From positions 29,388,001 to 29,452,000 of the forward strand of contig NC_042998.1 of assembly GCF_006345805.1 (NCBI RefSeq): a DNA stretch of 64,000 bases, in the 5' to 3' direction. The notes beneath the pieces are model-generated. The model was given only the letters and a program-made list of their open reading frames with translations. It was not told where the DNA came from and did not search any database. The DNA is from Octopus sinensis. Taxonomy: Eukaryota. The translations under genes and the position numbers were made by a program. Positions 12,186-26,012 of this stretch are shown here, piece by piece. Within the stretch, counting starts at the first letter, position 1; each line of letters starts with the position of its first letter.

Positions 12186-12368
12186 TGCGCATTAACCGGG
12201 CATATTTATAAAATAAGTTATACATCTCTAAGCAATCTCACAAACTCTGGTTATACGTTATATATACTTAAAAAGCAAGGAGACTGAGAATATGATGTAG
12301 TAAATTTGTATTTGTCTCTCACTTGATGGAGTACTGTCATTGTTGATTCTACTCATGTTGGATCTATA

Positions 12369-12420
<52 letters not shown>

Positions 12421-12425
<5 letters not shown>

Positions 12426-14908
12426 TCAATATAGGGTGGCAAGGAAAATTTTGTAGAATTTTATTGCCACCAGCGGCCCAGTGGGAAAAAATTAAATAGT
12501 CATAGACCATTTTTAAGTTCAACATTAACAATTAAGGAACGGCCATAATAGGCCATTCACCCACTAGAAATAACAGCCAAAGCTTCTACCGCAAATAAAG
12601 ATTAATTCCGTAAACAGGAGAAAATTAAAAAAACATTTACCCTGTAATTTCTTGTACGGTATACCGTTTCATCCGCTGTTTAATGGTAAACTAACCTGAT
12701 TAAATTAAATCAAGCCAATCTTCCATAAGCCCTCGGATTCTTCAGCAAGAAATAGCTCAAGTCGGAACAGATATTTACACGAGGCATACCCAATCTTGCC
12801 AAGGCAATATCTGACCTAAAATTTTCAAATCGTCGCACTCGCGCCAAATTTATCGGCAGCAAATAAATATCAGCCGTCGATTCCATTACGGAATTAACCA
12901 AAAAATTCATAATTAATCAATATAGGGTGGCAAGGAAAATTTTGTAGAATTTTATTGCCACCAGCGGCCCAGTGGGAAAAAATTAAATAGTCATAGACCA
13001 TTTTTAAGTTCAACATTAACAATTAAGGAACGGCCATAATAGGCCATTCACCCACTAGAAATAACAGCCAAAGCTTCTACCGCAAATAAAGATTAATTCC
13101 GTAAACAGGAGAAAATTAAAAAAACATTTACCCTGTAATTTCTTGTACGGTATACCGTTTCATCCGCTGTTTAATGGTAAACTAACCTGATTAAATTAAA
13201 TCAAGCCAATCTTCCATAAGCCCTCGGATTCTTCAGCAAGAAATAGCTCAAGTCGGAACAGATATTTACACGAGGCATACCCAATCTTGCCAAGGCAATA
13301 TCTGACCTAAAATTTTCAAATCGTCGCACTCGCGCCAAATTTATCGGCAGCAATAAATATCAGCCGTCGATTCCATTACGGAATTAACCAAAAAATTCAT
13401 AATTAATCAATATAGGGTGGCAAGGAAAATTTTGTAGAATTTTATTGCCACCAGCGGCCCAGTGGGAAAAAATTAAATAGTCATAGACCATTTTTAAGTT
13501 CAACATTAACAATTAAGGAACGGCCATAATAGGCCATTCACCCACTAGAAATAACAGCCAAGCTTCTACCGCAAATAAAGATTAATTCCGTAAACAGGAG
13601 AAAATTAAAAAAACATTTACCCTGTAATTTCTTGTACGGTATACCGTTTCATCCGCTGTTTAATGGTAAACTAACCTGATTAAATTAAATCAAGCCAATC
13701 TTCCATAAGCCCTCGGATTCTTCAGCAAGAAATAGCTCAAGTCGGAACAGATATTTACACGAGGCATACCCAATCTTGCCAAGGCAATATCTGACCTAAA
13801 ATTTTCAAATCGTCGCACTCGCGCCAAATTTATCGGCAGCAAATAAATATCAGCCGTCGATTCCATTACGGAATTAACCAAAAAATTCATAATTAATCAA
13901 TATAGGGTGGCAAGGAAAATTTTGTAGAATTTTATTGCCACCAGCGGCCCAGTGGGAAAAAATTAAATAGTCATAGACCATTTTTAAGTTCAACATTAAC
14001 AATTAAGGAACGGCCATAATAGGCCATTCACCCACTAGAAATAACAGCCAAGGCTTCTACCGCAAATAAAGATTAATTCCGTAAACAGGAGAAAATTAAA
14101 AAAACATTTACCCTGTAATTACCCTGTAATCAGATATTGCCTTGGCAAGATTGGGTATGCCTCGTGTAAATATCTGTTCCGACTTGAGCTATTTCTTGCT
14201 GAAGAATCCGAGGGCTTATGGAAGATTGGCTTGATTTAATTTAATCAGGTTAGTTTACCATTAAACAGCGGATGAAACGGTATACCGTACAAGAAATTAC
14301 AGGGTAAATGTTTTTTTAATTTTCTCCTGTTTACGGAATTAATCTTTATTTGCGGTAGAAGCTTTGGCTGTTATTTCTAGTGGGTGAATGGCCTATTATG
14401 GCCGTTCCTTAATTGTTAATGTTGAACTTAAAAATGGTCTATGACTATTTAATTTTTTCCCACTGGGCCGCTGGTGGCAATAAAATTCTACAAAATTTTC
14501 CTTGCCACCCTATATTGATTAATTATGAATTTTTTGGTTAATTCCGTAATGGAATCGACGGCTGATATTTATTTGCTGCCGATAAATTTGGCGCGAGTGC
14601 GACGATTTGAAATTTTAGGTCAGATATTGCCTTGGCAAGATTGGGTATGCCTCGTGTAAATATCTGTTCCGACTTGAGCTATTTCTTGCTGAAGAATCCG
14701 AGGGCTTATGAAGATTGGCTTGATTTAATTTAATCAGGTTAGTTTACCATTAACAGCGGATGAAACGGTATACCGTACAAGAAATTACAGGGTAAATGTT
14801 TTTTTAATTTTCTCCTGTTTACGGAATTAATCTTTATTTGCGGTAGAAGCTTTGGCTGTTATTTCTAGTGGGTGAATGGCCTATTATGGCCGTTCCTTAA
14901 TTGTTAAT
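12421..14908. repeat. Tandem-plus-inverted array of a ~491-bp unit, embedded in (TA)n
   Basis: Forward units start at 12421, 12912, 13402 and 13892 (partial, to 14120); junction duplication accctgtaat; inverted copies 14131-14908. Near-identical. Confidence 0.97.
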
Positions 14909-14976
14909 ATATATATATATATATATATATATCAAACATACACACACAAACACACTCTCATACATATATATTTATT

Positions 14977-15120
14977 AATAAAATTTCAATTTAGTCTGAT
15001 TTTCGCGTTTTATTATTTGCAATCTTTACAAATTTACCGTATTGAAATAAACTAGTACTTTCAGGCATTACGCAGTCGTCAGGTTTACGTAGTGACAGTC
15101 GTGTTCCACGACTGAAAACT
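14977..15120 (+). repeat. Unclassified dispersed repeat (second copy 59498-59640)
   Basis: Shared tagtctgattttc.cgttttattatt..tattgaaataaactagtactttca..caggtttacgtagtga.agtcgtgttccac. Confidence 0.8.
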
Positions 15121-15960
15121 ATTCCAATTTCACAGAAAAACAAAAGACGAAATCATGTGAGGGAACAGCAAGCGGAGGTATTAGTTTGACGCTCAGGAAA
15201 AATGAGAAAATATTTGAAATTTCGAGCCTACATTTTTCGCTAGAAAGGTATGAGGGTAAAAAATGGAGAGTGAAAGAAAACAGAGAGAGAGAGAGGGAGA
15301 GAGAGAGAGAGAGAGGGAGAGAGAGAGAGAGAGTGAGAGAGAGAGAGAGAGAAAATGTGTAGAAATTACGGAATAAATGGTGTATACACTTATTTATAAT
15401 ATCGTCTGCTTTGGTCATAAAAATCAATTGTGTTGAAAATTTAGATATTTAACAATACAGTAATAAAGGTTTTCATTCCTTCATATCTGTTGTTACGCTA
15501 CATTGTGATATGAGAAGGGCAAATGAATTTATGACAATGCTATCGTATCACTTTACTCATGTATGATATATATGTCGACAATTCGACTTAACATCTAAAT
15601 AGTTACATTAGTTTAACAGTCACATATAACTTTGCTAGACGAATAGTCTACTTAATATATCCTTACTATTTATTCACAAAATTGTCTGATTCATAAATAT
15701 TATGTTCAGAGAAACCATTGTTATGCTATTTCTCCCCGTATGCCATTGTAATTTGCTGTGATTTGCATCGTTCCACGTATAAATCTTTTAACCATAATTA
15801 CTGCCTTTGTAAGATCAATAGGTATTGCAATAGGAGATCATCGTTTATGAAAATGAGATTATCGATTCATTCATATGTGTGTGTGTGCGCGCGCGCGCGC
15901 GTGTGTATTATATAAATATATATATATATATACATATATATATGTACATATATATATATA

Positions 15961-16015
<55 letters not shown>

Positions 16016-16951
16016 CACACACATATATATGTATATATATATATAATACACACACGCACATCGCACGCACACACACATGAATATATATATGTATGTTTGT
16101 ATATACGAATATGTGTGTGTATAATACCTGAATTTGCGTACATATATATGAGTATGTATGCATGCATGATTATGCAACTATTTATATAAGCAGATATGTG
16201 TATATTCGTCCGCATGTGTACATAGCAAGCACTTCATACTTTATAGACAACTTCAAACGCATGTTTATATAATGTGTTACATAGCATTAGAATGATAATT
16301 TTGTTAAATTTGTATTCCTAAGGAATGTTTAAATATTAAACAGATCTACTTTATTTCATGCATACACAGACAGAAGTATTTATATGCATGATGTAATGCT
16401 TTAATGTGTTGCATCATCGAATACAAAACGCAACACCGAATGTTTTAGCCTGGTGGTTTTCATTTAAATAACATTATTTTGTCTTCACATTTTATCTTCC
16501 CTTATTTGAATATAAAATAAATAAATAGATGATATCGAACTAGTATCATGAAGTCGAGATGCAATATATTTTCGAAATTATTTAGTGAAATATTCTAAAT
16601 AGAAATCAAAGTATAGCATTCGAATACTTGATTCGACAACATACTAACGCCTCTGCTAAGATTTACGTATAATAATCATACAACACTGAAACCATTTTGT
16701 TTGTGCTTCACACCAAAGAATTGTGTTGTTTGTTGCCAAAAACAATTTGTGTAGACACTTCCGAAATATTAATTACGTATCAACACTTTATGTTTTCCGG
16801 CGCAACACCTACAAACTATATCTGGAGTCTTACGTTGTCATACAATCTATGTTTACGTCTGGAAATTTCATCTTTATCTCGTAAAGAGAAAAAACACGTC
16901 CCACACTTGTTAATTTTTCGCCTTCCATCACTCTCTGTCTGTCGGCGTCAC

Positions 16952-16993
<42 letters not shown>

Positions 16994-17280
16994 TCAGACA
17001 CATACATACATGGATATATGTATGTACATATGTGAGTATTTATGTATGATTTTTCTTTTGAGTTTTATTTAAGTTCTTCTTAAGAAAATCCAAGCTAGTC
17101 GTTAACAATGTGACAGCGCTCCTTGGCTTATGTAAGTTTCCGGTGTTGTACCTATGTGGCTCAGTTAGTGTGTTGGTTGAACTGGTGATGCATACACCCA
17201 TGTGCGTGCATCTCTTCACATAAATATTCTCAGACGGAGAATATTTAGAATACTTACAAATATTCACTGTACCACTAATA

Positions 17281-17348
17281 GGTTGTATGTATGTATGTAT
17301 GTATGTATGTATGTATGTATGTATGTATGTTGTATGTATGTATGTATG

Positions 17349-17399
<51 letters not shown>

Positions 17400-17528
17400 A
17401 TATCTATCTATTATATATCTCTCTGTATTTAAATATATATATATATATATATATAACCACTAAACCTGTTTTTTTATTTTCAACTCGTGTGTTCCTTTTC
17501 AATCTTCTACATACATATATATATATAT

Positions 17529-17561
<33 letters not shown>

Positions 17562-17653
17562 TATATATGTACACATATATGTGTATCTGTGCGTATATAT
17601 TTATTTATTATATCATTGAACACCAAGCATCTATTTCCATGTAAGTATTATCT

Positions 17654-17729
<76 letters not shown>

Positions 17730-17814
17730 TCCAAATATATGTGAATCAGGCGGTTATTTGTGTGCGTCAGCATCTGAAATGCCTGTGTGCGTTTGTGTGT
17801 GTGTGTGTGCGTGT

Positions 17815-17908
<94 letters not shown>

Positions 17909-17925
17909 GTGTGCGTGTGTGTTTG
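17281..17925. repeat. Compound microsatellite cluster (TATG, TATC, TA, CT, TG)
   Basis: Direct reading; source of the low-complexity ORFs. Confidence 0.95.
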
Positions 17926-19184
17926 TATCTATCTTTCAATATGTTTTCGAAAATCGTTGCGTTACAGCGAAAATTCAAAATCTTTTCTGGAAATGATTTT
18001 AATACTTACTTGAAAACAATTCTTCATCAGATGTCTGATGATGTGATTATGCAGGCATGTTCAAATTGTAGGAGCAATTGTTTTTGCGAATTCCAAAAAT
18101 TCAGGTCAACTAGGACCTGTTTTCTTATTGCATTTATCAATGGTTCTTCAAACTACAAATTTTATCGAAAGTAATGTTCTTATACCGCTTGTCAGCAAGG
18201 CATTTGATATTTCTTCTTAATTCGGTTTAGTAGCCAAGTTCCACCTCAGACTTACTCATGTCGGATAAAACTCATAAGTGAAACACTCAGCATAGCTATA
18301 AATTGGATGTTTCCTAATGTCTGACGAACATTTTTAATGACCCCACATAAAAAAAAAAACTAGCTAAAATTGTATCCCAACGACGAACTTTTCTCTTTAG
18401 CATTGTGAAATATTCAGCACTGACCATTAACTTCATCAGCTTGGGAGAACAACTAAAATCCATAATGGATTACAGCTTTTAAAGTCATACAAACATTAAA
18501 CAACATTAACCATTCTCACTAAGGCAACAAATCTCTTCTACCTCAGATACACGAGACGATGTCTCTTTTCTCTGTCTAAGCATTACTGCATAAGTTATCG
18601 CAACACTGAAATGCGTAGTTATATGTCGCTACCTCTACGTATCATCTACCTCACTCATTCTTCTACAGCAATAAATATTTGTAACTACAGGGGGAGGAAT
18701 AATAATTGTTTCAGCATAACATTTATGTCGGAATCAAAATGTCCTAAGCAAATGATAAATATTGATAATTTTCATTAACTCGAAATATTCTGACAAATAT
18801 ACATAGCGTAATATTTCTCAGACAACTACAACTTCGACTACACATACTCAGCGTTATTTTACATAACACGAAGCAATGTATTAAAAATTATTGTTATGGT
18901 TTCAAATGGAAACAATAGTCTGGAAATTTGCATAAATACGTTGAAAAGTAAATATTTAAGAAAATAATGCGGCAGAAATTACAACAATTACTTTTGATTT
19001 CCTCTTGTCCTGCTTGTGCCATTTATTACTTTCGACTTTTGTACAAAACTTTGAGAAGACTGATCTAAGCGTCTTTCTAATTTCCGTCACATTTGATAAC
19101 GTTTCTTCGATTAGAATATATTGATGGTCACTTCCTCAAATTCGTAGCATATCAGCAGTGTAAAACGGAAGTAGACTTCATAAT

Positions 19185-19484
19185 ATGTGAGGTATACTTG
19201 CCATCTCAATATGGCTAACCACTAAGGGTGGGTGTTACTGTAGCTTGTAGCCCCAGGAGAACATCGTCTCCAGCTGGCTATTGACACACTTTCTATGCCC
19301 TATCGGTATTTGCAAAGGGAGGTCATCCTTGACGAGGGAAGGATGACCTCCCTTTGCAAATACCATAAGGGCACAGAAAGTGTTCCTAAAGCCAGCTGGA
19401 GACGATGTTCTCCTGGGGCTACAAGCTACAGTAACACCCACCCTTAGTGGTTAGCCATATTGAGATGGCTAGTATACCTCACAT
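19185..19484. mobile_element. 300-bp fold-back element (146-bp arms, 8-nt loop) within a 342-bp insertion with a 15-bp TSD
   Basis: Arms 19185-19330 and 19339-19484, with mismatches mostly in one ~35-nt block; tagacttcataatat at 19172-19186 and 19529-19543. Confidence 0.85.
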
Positions 19485-20099
19485 TGTCGTGCAGTTACTG
19501 TTTATACCTCGTTCAGAGATTTACTATTTAGACTTCATAATATTTCTATTCTTATTTCACGAAAACTAATATAGATACAATCGCACATCAACTGCCTGAC
19601 TATTTATATTAAGTGTAACATATGAATACATGTCAAGTCTGGTTAAATTTAAAGGATGGATAAATATAAATATTTTGCATCCAACTATTTTCTCAAATGC
19701 TCTAATAATATAAGATACAGCAGAACATGAAAATGTTTTTATATCTTACTAAGGATATGAAGCGCAATGGCCATGACGGTTGCAAGATTTCTGTGACAAG
19801 TTTGAAGCAATTGGTTGTTTAGCTTCAACATTTGTTTGTCAACTTCATTTTAAATTTGAATGGTGAATTTGAAGTGATTGACGTTCTCTGGAACGAAGTA
19901 TTTAATATTGGAATGGGAGGCGAGATATACAAATGGTACAGGTAAAAGAAACAGGTGAAAGCAAGAACTGCCAATCGGTCAAGGTTGTTTATTATATAAT
20001 ATAAAACAACAATGGTCAGATATTTGGCCAGTATTTGGAGGAGAGAGAGAGAGAGAGCGAGAGAGAGTATTCAGGAAATTAGTAGCCGGATTAGAGGAA

Positions 20100-20720
20100 A
20101 TGCAAATCCCGAATCATAACGCTTTAGAGGGCTGTGGTATGGAAATGATGGGTAGTGGAGTGAGCACAAGACTGGAGAACAGACATCTAACCAAAAGGTA
20201 GGGTTAGATGCTGCGTTGAGCCCAATATGTGGTTAGGGATGCCAATACTGAAGGAAAAAAACTGACCATTTCGCTGGAATTAACAGTGAAATCAAATGCT
20301 CGCCAAGAGAAGCGATCGAGGTGAAATAATTGCGGTGAGAGGTTACAGGATGTAGTACACGTTAGATGAAGAGATGCTAGTGTTAAAATTGTTAAGGGAG
20401 GTGGAACGAATTGCTGAAAGGAATAAAAGAAGTGTGAGGCTCAAAGGTAAGCATGAGGTACTGAGCAAGTCAACGAATTGACTGCTCAGCTCTTGAGTAT
20501 AACTAATAAAGTGGACGAACTCCTGGACTTCAGAGTATTGTGAGAGGAAAACGATTTGTGCCATATATGTGGGATGGAGGTGCTGTTACCTGTGCTGTTG
20601 GTTGAGGACAGTTGTAGTTAGACTAGAATTCTTGGCCGAATAAAATTTTTGAGAAGTGGCAGATGGTAGAATTACGTGATGAGCGAAGGTTGATGTTGGT
20701 GTCTGTGGAAATAAGAAGAC
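20100..20720 (-). pseudogene. Possible highly decayed retroelement RT (PLE-like)
   Basis: Strand-asymmetric (G-rich plus strand); only faint frame-broken motifs such as WHP and LPF.LDV. Confidence 0.25.
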
Positions 20721-20982
20721 AGAAATAACTCAATTTCTAAGTCAGATAAGACCCAACTAATTGGTGGTGGATTGGGCATGATGGTTGTGAAATTTGAATA
20801 ACATTTCATAAATACAATTTAATCGGGAGACTTTCACTTTGTAAAACTCAGACGGCCACATCAAATCAGCCCTTGTAGGCCAGTATGACAGAATTGACGC
20901 GTCAATATAAAGAGCAGCGAAATGCAATGAATTCCGATTGGAATTTATGAATTTTAATAACGGCACATATGCTTACCAGATA

Positions 20983-21155
20983 GGCGTAGGAGTGACTGTG
21001 TGGTAAGTATCTTGCTTACGAACCACATGTTTCCGGGTTCAGTCTCACTGCGTGGCACCTTGGGCAAGTGTCTTCTACTATAGCCTCGGGCCGACCAAAG
21101 CCTTATGAGTGGATTTCGTAGAAAGAAGCTGAAAAAGCGTGTCGTATATATGTAA

Positions 21156-21209
<54 letters not shown>

Positions 21210-21420
21210 GTATATGTTTATGCGTCCGTGTTTGTCTCCCCAACATCGCTTGACAACCGATACTGGTGTGTTTACGTCCCCGTAAATTAGTGGTTCAGAA
21301 AAAGAGACCGATAGAATAAGTACTAGGCTTACAAAGAATAAGTCGATTTGCTCGACTAAAGGCGAGCTCCAGCATGACCACAGTCACATGACTGAAACAA
21401 GTAAAAGAGTAAATGAGTAA
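20983..21420 (+). mobile_element. SINE family C, full length with internal (TA)n
   Basis: Head ggcgtaggagtgactgtgtggtaag..ccgggttcagtc; tail gctccagcatgaccacagtc..gtaaaagagtaa. Confidence 0.92.
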
Positions 21421-21909
21421 GTGTAGGCTGGACATCTTGTCATGTTTGTGTCGGCTGAAATTACTAAAGATATAGCTATTGTGCCATAATCTGTCTGTTG
21501 TGTCTGGTGCGCCGCAGGAACAGCTCAGCTTTGGTTAGGGTTTAGTTTGTGTACAAATGAAATAACAATTATGAAGCTGTGCTCACAGTAGTTACCAAAG
21601 TCTTGGTTTCAGTGTGCAGTTACTTTGAATTTAAACTCAAAGCTAAACATGAAAGTGCCGTTGATGGAAAAAAGAGAGGTTTTAGTCAAATAACACCGAG
21701 CGGATGAAGCTCATAGGCTTCGGTATGGAAGAAACTGAACGACCATCTGTTGAGACGATGGTGAATGTTTAATTTATCTTTCGAAAGCTAAGTTGAAATA
21801 TGTCAATTATTTCTTAAATATCGAAAATTGATCGATATGCGTTAGTAGATAGTAGGTAATGATTCTAAAACTAATTTCAACGAATCTAATTCCAACGAAT
21901 CAAGTATCA

Positions 21910-22310
21910 CAGTAAGCTCCCTCCTATCCGGCACCCCTGAGACCAGAGGGTTACTGGATGACTAAATTTTCTAGATCACTGACCATCATTTCTTAAATTA
22001 TCACCTTACGAAACTCATAAGACTGTATATACATTAGTATTAGAATTAATGTTTTGAATGTAAGATAAATGACAGAAACCGGAAGAAATAAAAGTTAATT
22101 TATAAGTATTGTAAATACGATTAAATAAAATACAGCACAGTACATTTGAGAAGTAACGATCCACTTTAGATACAGCAAAATCTCTCTTTTAAAGACAATT
22201 AATTTACACAAATTAGCTCAAATTCTCTTGACTAATTAACATCATAATATTCGGCGCTAGTTGCTTGAGCGATCCGGTTATTTGAGTGTCGGATTAGAGA
22301 GAGTTTTCTG
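21910..22310. mobile_element. pogo/Tigger-like MITE
   Basis: Imperfect TIRs cagtaagctccctcctatccggcac / gtgtcggattagagagagttttctg; TA on the right. Confidence 0.55.
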
Positions 22311-22723
22311 TATCAGACCAGTTGACGTCATTGTCAGCATATTGCATGCATGGAAAGATAATAGTAAATTATTATAAAAAATATTAATTAAAAAAGAAAT
22401 TAATTGGCATATTTGAGAGAAAATGTGATCTGCATTAACGGAGACAGTGACTGCAACGGACACATTTCAGTCCTTTTGAAATACGTCAGCGATGCGTAGA
22501 CAACACACATGAGAATTGAATTTTCCAAAACTAATTCTCAATTTATCGAAATTATTATTATTATTATTATTATTATTATTTGTTAGTCACTAACAGATAC
22601 CGCTAAGTTTTTGCCCTTTCTTCAATAAGTAGCAAACTTTCAAAACATTTTTGTGACGCATGAGATTTACTAACTCCACGATTTATCTCAATTCTCACGA
22701 TCAACCAGGTTTGGTTATTTTGC

Positions 22724-22954
22724 TTACTCTTTAACTCTTTTACTCTTTTATTTGTTTCAGTCATTTGACTGTGCCCATGCTGGAGCACCGCCTTTTAGTC
22801 GAGCAAATCGACCATAGGACTTATTCTTTGTAAGCCTAGTACTTATTCTATCGGTCTCTTTTGCCGAACCGCTAAGTTACGGGGACGTAAACACACCAGC
22901 ATCGGTTGTCAAGCGATGTAGGGGGGGGGGACAAAGACAGGCACACAAACATAT

Positions 22955-23024
<70 letters not shown>

Positions 23025-23190
23025 TATACGACGGGCTTCTTTCAGTTTCCGTCTACGAATCCACTTACAAGTCTTTGGTCGGCCCGAGACTATAGTAGAA
23101 GACACTTGCCCAAGGTGCCACGCAGTGGGACTGAACCCGGATCCATGTGGTTCGTAAGCAAGCTACCTACCACACAGCCACCCCTACGGC
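22724..23190 (-). mobile_element. SINE family C
   Basis: Reverse complement of the 20983 family. Confidence 0.92.
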
Positions 23191-24276
23191 TAGTTCAATC
23201 CTTTTTTTTTTAATATGCAAATTATAGCTCGCGAGAACTTATACTAATCTATTTTTCTCTATGTAAATTCCTTCTCAAGCGGTTTTCCGTTGTCTATGCG
23301 TCAGTTACAAATTCTAGTAAAACCAAACCATTGCCTGTAGTTATTATTAGGCCCACTGAAAAACAATAGTTTTTTTTTTCCTTAGGCAAGAGAATTCTTT
23401 CTTAAAATTCATTCTTATTGGAATTATCTCCTCAGCACTTTGTGAGTTGTTTACGAAAGTGGCTAAGCTTTTGTTCATTTCTAATCTAATAAACTATTTA
23501 TTCACTTAGAAAACATTTATTCATTAAAAACACTTCGCATACCTCCTCCTATTGATTTGAGTACGTCCTCCTACACATCATTTATTGACGTATTTTATTG
23601 TGTTTCTCTATATTTGAAAGAGCAATGCACATTTTTTTTGTATTTGGTATGCAAGATTCTTGATGTGAATTCGTGTGTTGAAACAAATTTTGTTGTCTTG
23701 GGAGGGTCATTACACAAAAAGCAATATCACACGCACTAGTTCAATGATACCTCTTTATTGTTAGTTAATTGGTTACAACCAACTGACTAATGAATCGTTT
23801 GTTTAATGCGCTAGTTAAACAATCAATCCGTATTTTTTTCCTAGACAAATTTCTTTTGTCGCTACAAGCGAGCTCCTCAATGACTTCCATCTCTCACCAA
23901 GGTCTTCTCTGAGTCCGTCCGAGAAAGGATCTTATGCCTGTGTGTATGTATGCCTGTATGTGCGTATATATATATGTTTGTATGTATGCATGTAGATGTG
24001 TTCTTGCTTATGAATATCGTTATATTATGCAACTATTCATTCATTAGGTGTCATTGAAGAGTTAACTTTTCTGTATCACACAGAAGAGTCAAATTGTGGT
24101 ATATGTCAAAGATACCTCATGGATCAACAGTTGCATATATTATTCGATAATTCCGAAATTTCAGGCGTGTGTTTGATAAAGCAGCCAATCTCTGGGCTGC
24201 TATCTGTTCCTTACCCTGGACATGTCGACAAGCTTTATAGGGTAAACCCTAAGGTTAGCAGTCGACTGAAATTATA

Positions 24277-24355
<79 letters not shown>

Positions 24356-24359
24356 ATAT

Positions 24360-24590
24360 TTCTTTTCTACCCATAAGGGGCTAAACACAGAGGGGACAAA
24401 CAAGGACAGACAAATGGATTAAGTCGTTTACATCGACCCCAGTGCGTAACTGGTACTAAATTTAATCGACCCCGAAAGGATGAAAGGCAAAGTCGACCTC
24501 GGCGGAATTTGAACTCAGAACGTAACAGCAGACGAAATACTGCTACGCATTTCGCCCGGTGTGCTAATGCTTCTGCCAGCTCGCAGCCTT
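24360..24590 (-). mobile_element. SINE family A, full length
   Basis: Head ggctgcgagctggcagaagcattagcac, B-box-like gttcaaattcc, family body. Confidence 0.92.
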
Positions 24591-25446
24591 TTATGTGTAT
24601 ATGTACACACAAACACACACATGTATACAATATGTGTTCGTCTGTGTCGTTTGTGAGTGCGTGTAAAGCATAAAGAGTGTGTTGATCATAATTGAATGGA
24701 GTTGTGCAGTAGAAAAGAGCGTTCTTTGTTCTCTGCTTGACAGTAACCGCCGCCAAAGATGAATATTGAACTTTAAATAATCCTTAAGAAAGCTTCGTTA
24801 AATAATACTGTTCTAAACTCTTTCTTTCTTGTAACGGCATTTCTTCGATCAAGTCTGCGTTTGTACCAAATTTATACTTTTTGACATTTCAATTTATATT
24901 TGGAAATGCTTTGAAATGTACTTCGGCAATCAATAAATACTTCGTATTGAATATTAATTCTATGCTATATTTAACTTTATATTTTACATAACTATACACT
25001 GTAGTTAAACTCAGAATTATTGAATAGTATAGACAAGAGAAGCAGAAATGAATTACAAATAAAAGTAGTCAAAACTTAGAGGTCTGTAACAATTCAACAT
25101 AGATTTTGTGTTTGGGAATTGAATTGAGCTTTCTTCATTTTCAATGACCCCCCACCCACTCAATGCATTAAATAACGATTATATTCTGATGGTAGGTAAA
25201 ACTGAAGAGTCTTTTTATATTCGTTTTATTATATCTGTTAATGCATGCTATTATTGATTTCTTTTAACTTAATATAGTGAAAATTTTATCAAAAAGTATG
25301 GAAAATATCTGACGTTCACTATGTTTTTTGCGTGCGTTAATGGTGTAAGAGAAATGTAATTCGAAGCCCAAAATTGATATTAAAACGTCTATAAAATTGG
25401 TTATGTCTGTATGATAATAAAAAAGCTAAGATTAAATATATGAACT

Positions 25447-25611
25447 CAGGCCTGATTGGCTGGTTAAAAAGTTTGCTTCATACCCACATAGCTCCGGTTT
25501 CAATCCCACAGCGTGGCATATTCAGAAAATGTCTCTTATAGTATCGGGCCGCTTAAAGCTTGTGAGTGGATTTGGCAGACGAAAACAGAAAGAAGTTCGT
25601 CGTGTAACTAC

Positions 25612-25615
<4 letters not shown>
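25447..25615 (+). mobile_element. Degenerate SINE family C
   Basis: ccggtttcaatcccacagcgtggca..gtgagtggatttggcagacgaaaacagaaagaag. Confidence 0.65.
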
Positions 25616-25674
<59 letters not shown>

Positions 25675-25921
25675 AAATGAAATTAAATGAAAAACAGGGC
25701 ACAAAGGATGTCGCGGTACATATGTTTCGAGCTTTATAGAACAACTTATTCTTACATCAATGTATAATCGACATAACAGATAGTTCAAAAGCCCTCTTCA
25801 GCCGCATGCATCACATTAAGACTTGTATCACATTAAGATACATATATCCTCTCACCTATGCTACTAGCTGGCATATACAGGTGCTTACATTTATCAAGTA
25901 TTCACCCTGAATTTATTATAT

Positions 25922-25927
25922 AGATAT

Positions 25928-26010
<83 letters not shown>

Positions 26011-26012
26011 TA
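25922..26012. repeat. (GATA)n microsatellite
   Basis: Direct reading. Confidence 0.97.

Noticed and set aside
12710-13890. Repeated 66-aa ORF MNFLVNSVMES.. in the 491-bp unit
   Set aside because: Short, with no recognisable motif; broken by a 1-nt deletion in one copy; seen repeatedly only because the DNA is repeated.
14198-14230. CTGAAGA-a-tcc-gagggcttat-gga in the 491-bp unit, resembling a hammerhead 5' half with a loop similar to family D
   Set aside because: No GAAA or stem III/NUH follows (agattgg), so a hammerhead cannot be folded. It is worth including in a relaxed motif search.
12421-14908. CRISPR-like or CRESS-virus interpretation of the array
   Set aside because: No unique spacers, no Rep ORF and no canonical nonanucleotide in the hairpin loop.
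18180-18500. Possible LINE RT remnant (VSKAFDI..VSQ..FLFSI)
   Set aside because: Only two weak motifs amid many stops; cannot be supported without a translated search.
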